NCBI GenBank assembly: GCA_973895155.1
Contig: OZ316893.1
Span: 13,532,359-13,596,358, forward strand
Reading direction: 5' to 3'
Source: Marsupella aquatica
Lineage: Eukaryota > Plantae > Marchantiophyta
DNA length: 64,000 bases
The position numbers and the translations under genes were made by a program. This document shows positions 62,765 through 64,000 of this stretch, piece by piece (within the stretch, counting starts at the first letter, position 1; each line of letters starts with the position of its first letter). The notes under the pieces were generated by a model, which made no database searches, had not been told where the DNA came from, and saw only the letters and a program-made list of their open reading frames with translations.

Positions 62765-63274
62765 TATTAGGCATTTACTCTTAGATCTAGAGTCATTTTG
62801 TAACTGCAATTAGTCAAGTCGTAGTTAGATGCTTGGTTACAGTGAGATGTGCAACTACTACTTACACTAGCATGACATAGTTAACGGGGGCAACTTAGGC
62901 TCATAGTTATAGAGCCTGTTGGGAGATAGGGAGGGTTCAGTCTATGGAAACTTGCTATATTCAATAGGCTTAGAGTTCAACAAAGCTCTCTTGTGTGTTT
63001 CCATAAACGTAGCCTCTAGTGAGGTGAACCCCATATCTTTTTAAGGGAAAATCTGTGAAACCCCACACAAAGGGAAGAGTCAGCCACAATTGTTGAGAAG
63101 AGTCAGCCACAACAGTTAAACCCAAGACCTATCAGTCTCTACTCAAGTGAGTTACCATAAAGTCATGCCTCTCTAGGCTGAACCACATATTTCTTATGTT
63201 GACTACTTGTGTATTTGATGGATGTTGCTTATATGTGCACGTTGTCTTATGAGTAATGGTCATTTCACTCAACA
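62765..63274 (+). mobile_element. Decayed LTR of the same family with a ~140 bp internal insertion
   Basis: t(a)ttaggcatttactc..tctagagt start, ttagagttcaa..agctctcttgtgtgtt, gaaccac.tatttctt.tgttgactacttg, ends ctcaaca; extra sequence at ~63040-63178. Confidence 0.75.
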
Positions 63275-63291
63275 CTCTCGTGCCAGCATTG

Positions 63292-63463
63292 TGTTAGGCA
63301 TTTACTCTTAGGTCTAGAGTTACGCAAGGAGGTACGATTATGGCCATAGTTAGGCTAACTATAATCATGAACTTCATTAGGTTAGCCATGATGCATCCTC
63401 ATACCCATGCCATGTTTGTTTGTGGAAAAGGAACTCATGCTCATTGTTACAGAGCATCTGAGT
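63292..63463 (+). mobile_element. 5' half of a fourth LTR copy, truncated
   Basis: tgttaggcatttactc..ggtctagagttacg...tagttaggctaactata...ctcattgttacagagc aligns with the first half of the 39.4 kb LTR. Confidence 0.75.
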
Positions 63464-63464
63464 G

Positions 63465-63659
63465 ATTAGTGAATCACATCAAGGTAATATTTGTGAATCA
63501 CATTGAATGATTTGATGTGATTCATGAATATTACCTCAATGTGATTCACTAATTTGGAGTCACTATTGAGGGGAAATTAGACCAAGTGGACCTATCCTAA
63601 TTTCCTTACCCAATTAGTGAATCGCATTGAGGTAATATTCGTGAATCACATCAAATCAT
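63465..63659. repeat. Foldback/MITE-like triple inverted repeat of a ~45-50 bp unit
   Basis: Unit attagtgaatcacattgaggtaatattcatgaatcacatcaaat is forward at ~63465, reverse at ~63510-63553, forward at ~63613; inner ggaaattag/ctaatttcc stem between copies 2 and 3. Confidence 0.85.
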
Positions 63660-64000
63660 GGAATAGTCATCATACCTCAATTTCACGCTATTGCCCCCTA
63701 AAACTCTTGACAATTAGATTCTAAGTGATCTCATATGTGACATATTGCTTTATATTGGAGCTATAGCTTGCACAAGACACGGAGGGATGATTTTGATTTT
63801 CAAAATCAGTCTAAGAGCTCAACATCATTCATTCAGGCTCTTAAAGTACCTTATTTTTAATTTCTCCATGTACAAACTAAAACACTTTCTCGGCTCAGTG
63901 GAGCACTGGCAACGACATAGTTGCTTCTGCCAGTTCCGCTACACTGCCCCAAAAACATATTTCAGTTTTTTCCAGTCTCCGATGTCCCATCCTCTCCTGT

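Overview
Eukaryotic nuclear DNA from a land plant with flagellated sperm. An intact multi-exon IFT81 sits beside plant-type ERP, reticulon, RLP and VAD1 genes; gene density and UTR style suggest a bryophyte such as a liverwort, but that is inference. I rebuilt six protein-coding genes by hand: an ERD2-related KDEL-receptor-like protein (-), IFT81 (-), an RTNLB17/18/21-type reticulon (-), an intronless OB-like/TPR/SET lysine methyltransferase (+, head-to-head with the reticulon), an intronless TMM/RLP29/PII-2-family LRR receptor-like protein (-) and a GRAM-VASt protein (VAD1-like, -). Intergenic blocks hold non-autonomous mobile DNA: a Helitron with an internal minisatellite and a duplicated terminator, four copies of one solo-LTR family (one with a perfect TSD, one nested in a TIR element), MITE/foldback elements and several tandem arrays of 59-390 bp. 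No rRNA, tRNA or CRISPR array was seen. Family assignments come from recalled motifs, not database searches. The strongest novelty candidate is the fungal-style OB-TPR-SET gene; I found no evidence of a multi-gene novel system.
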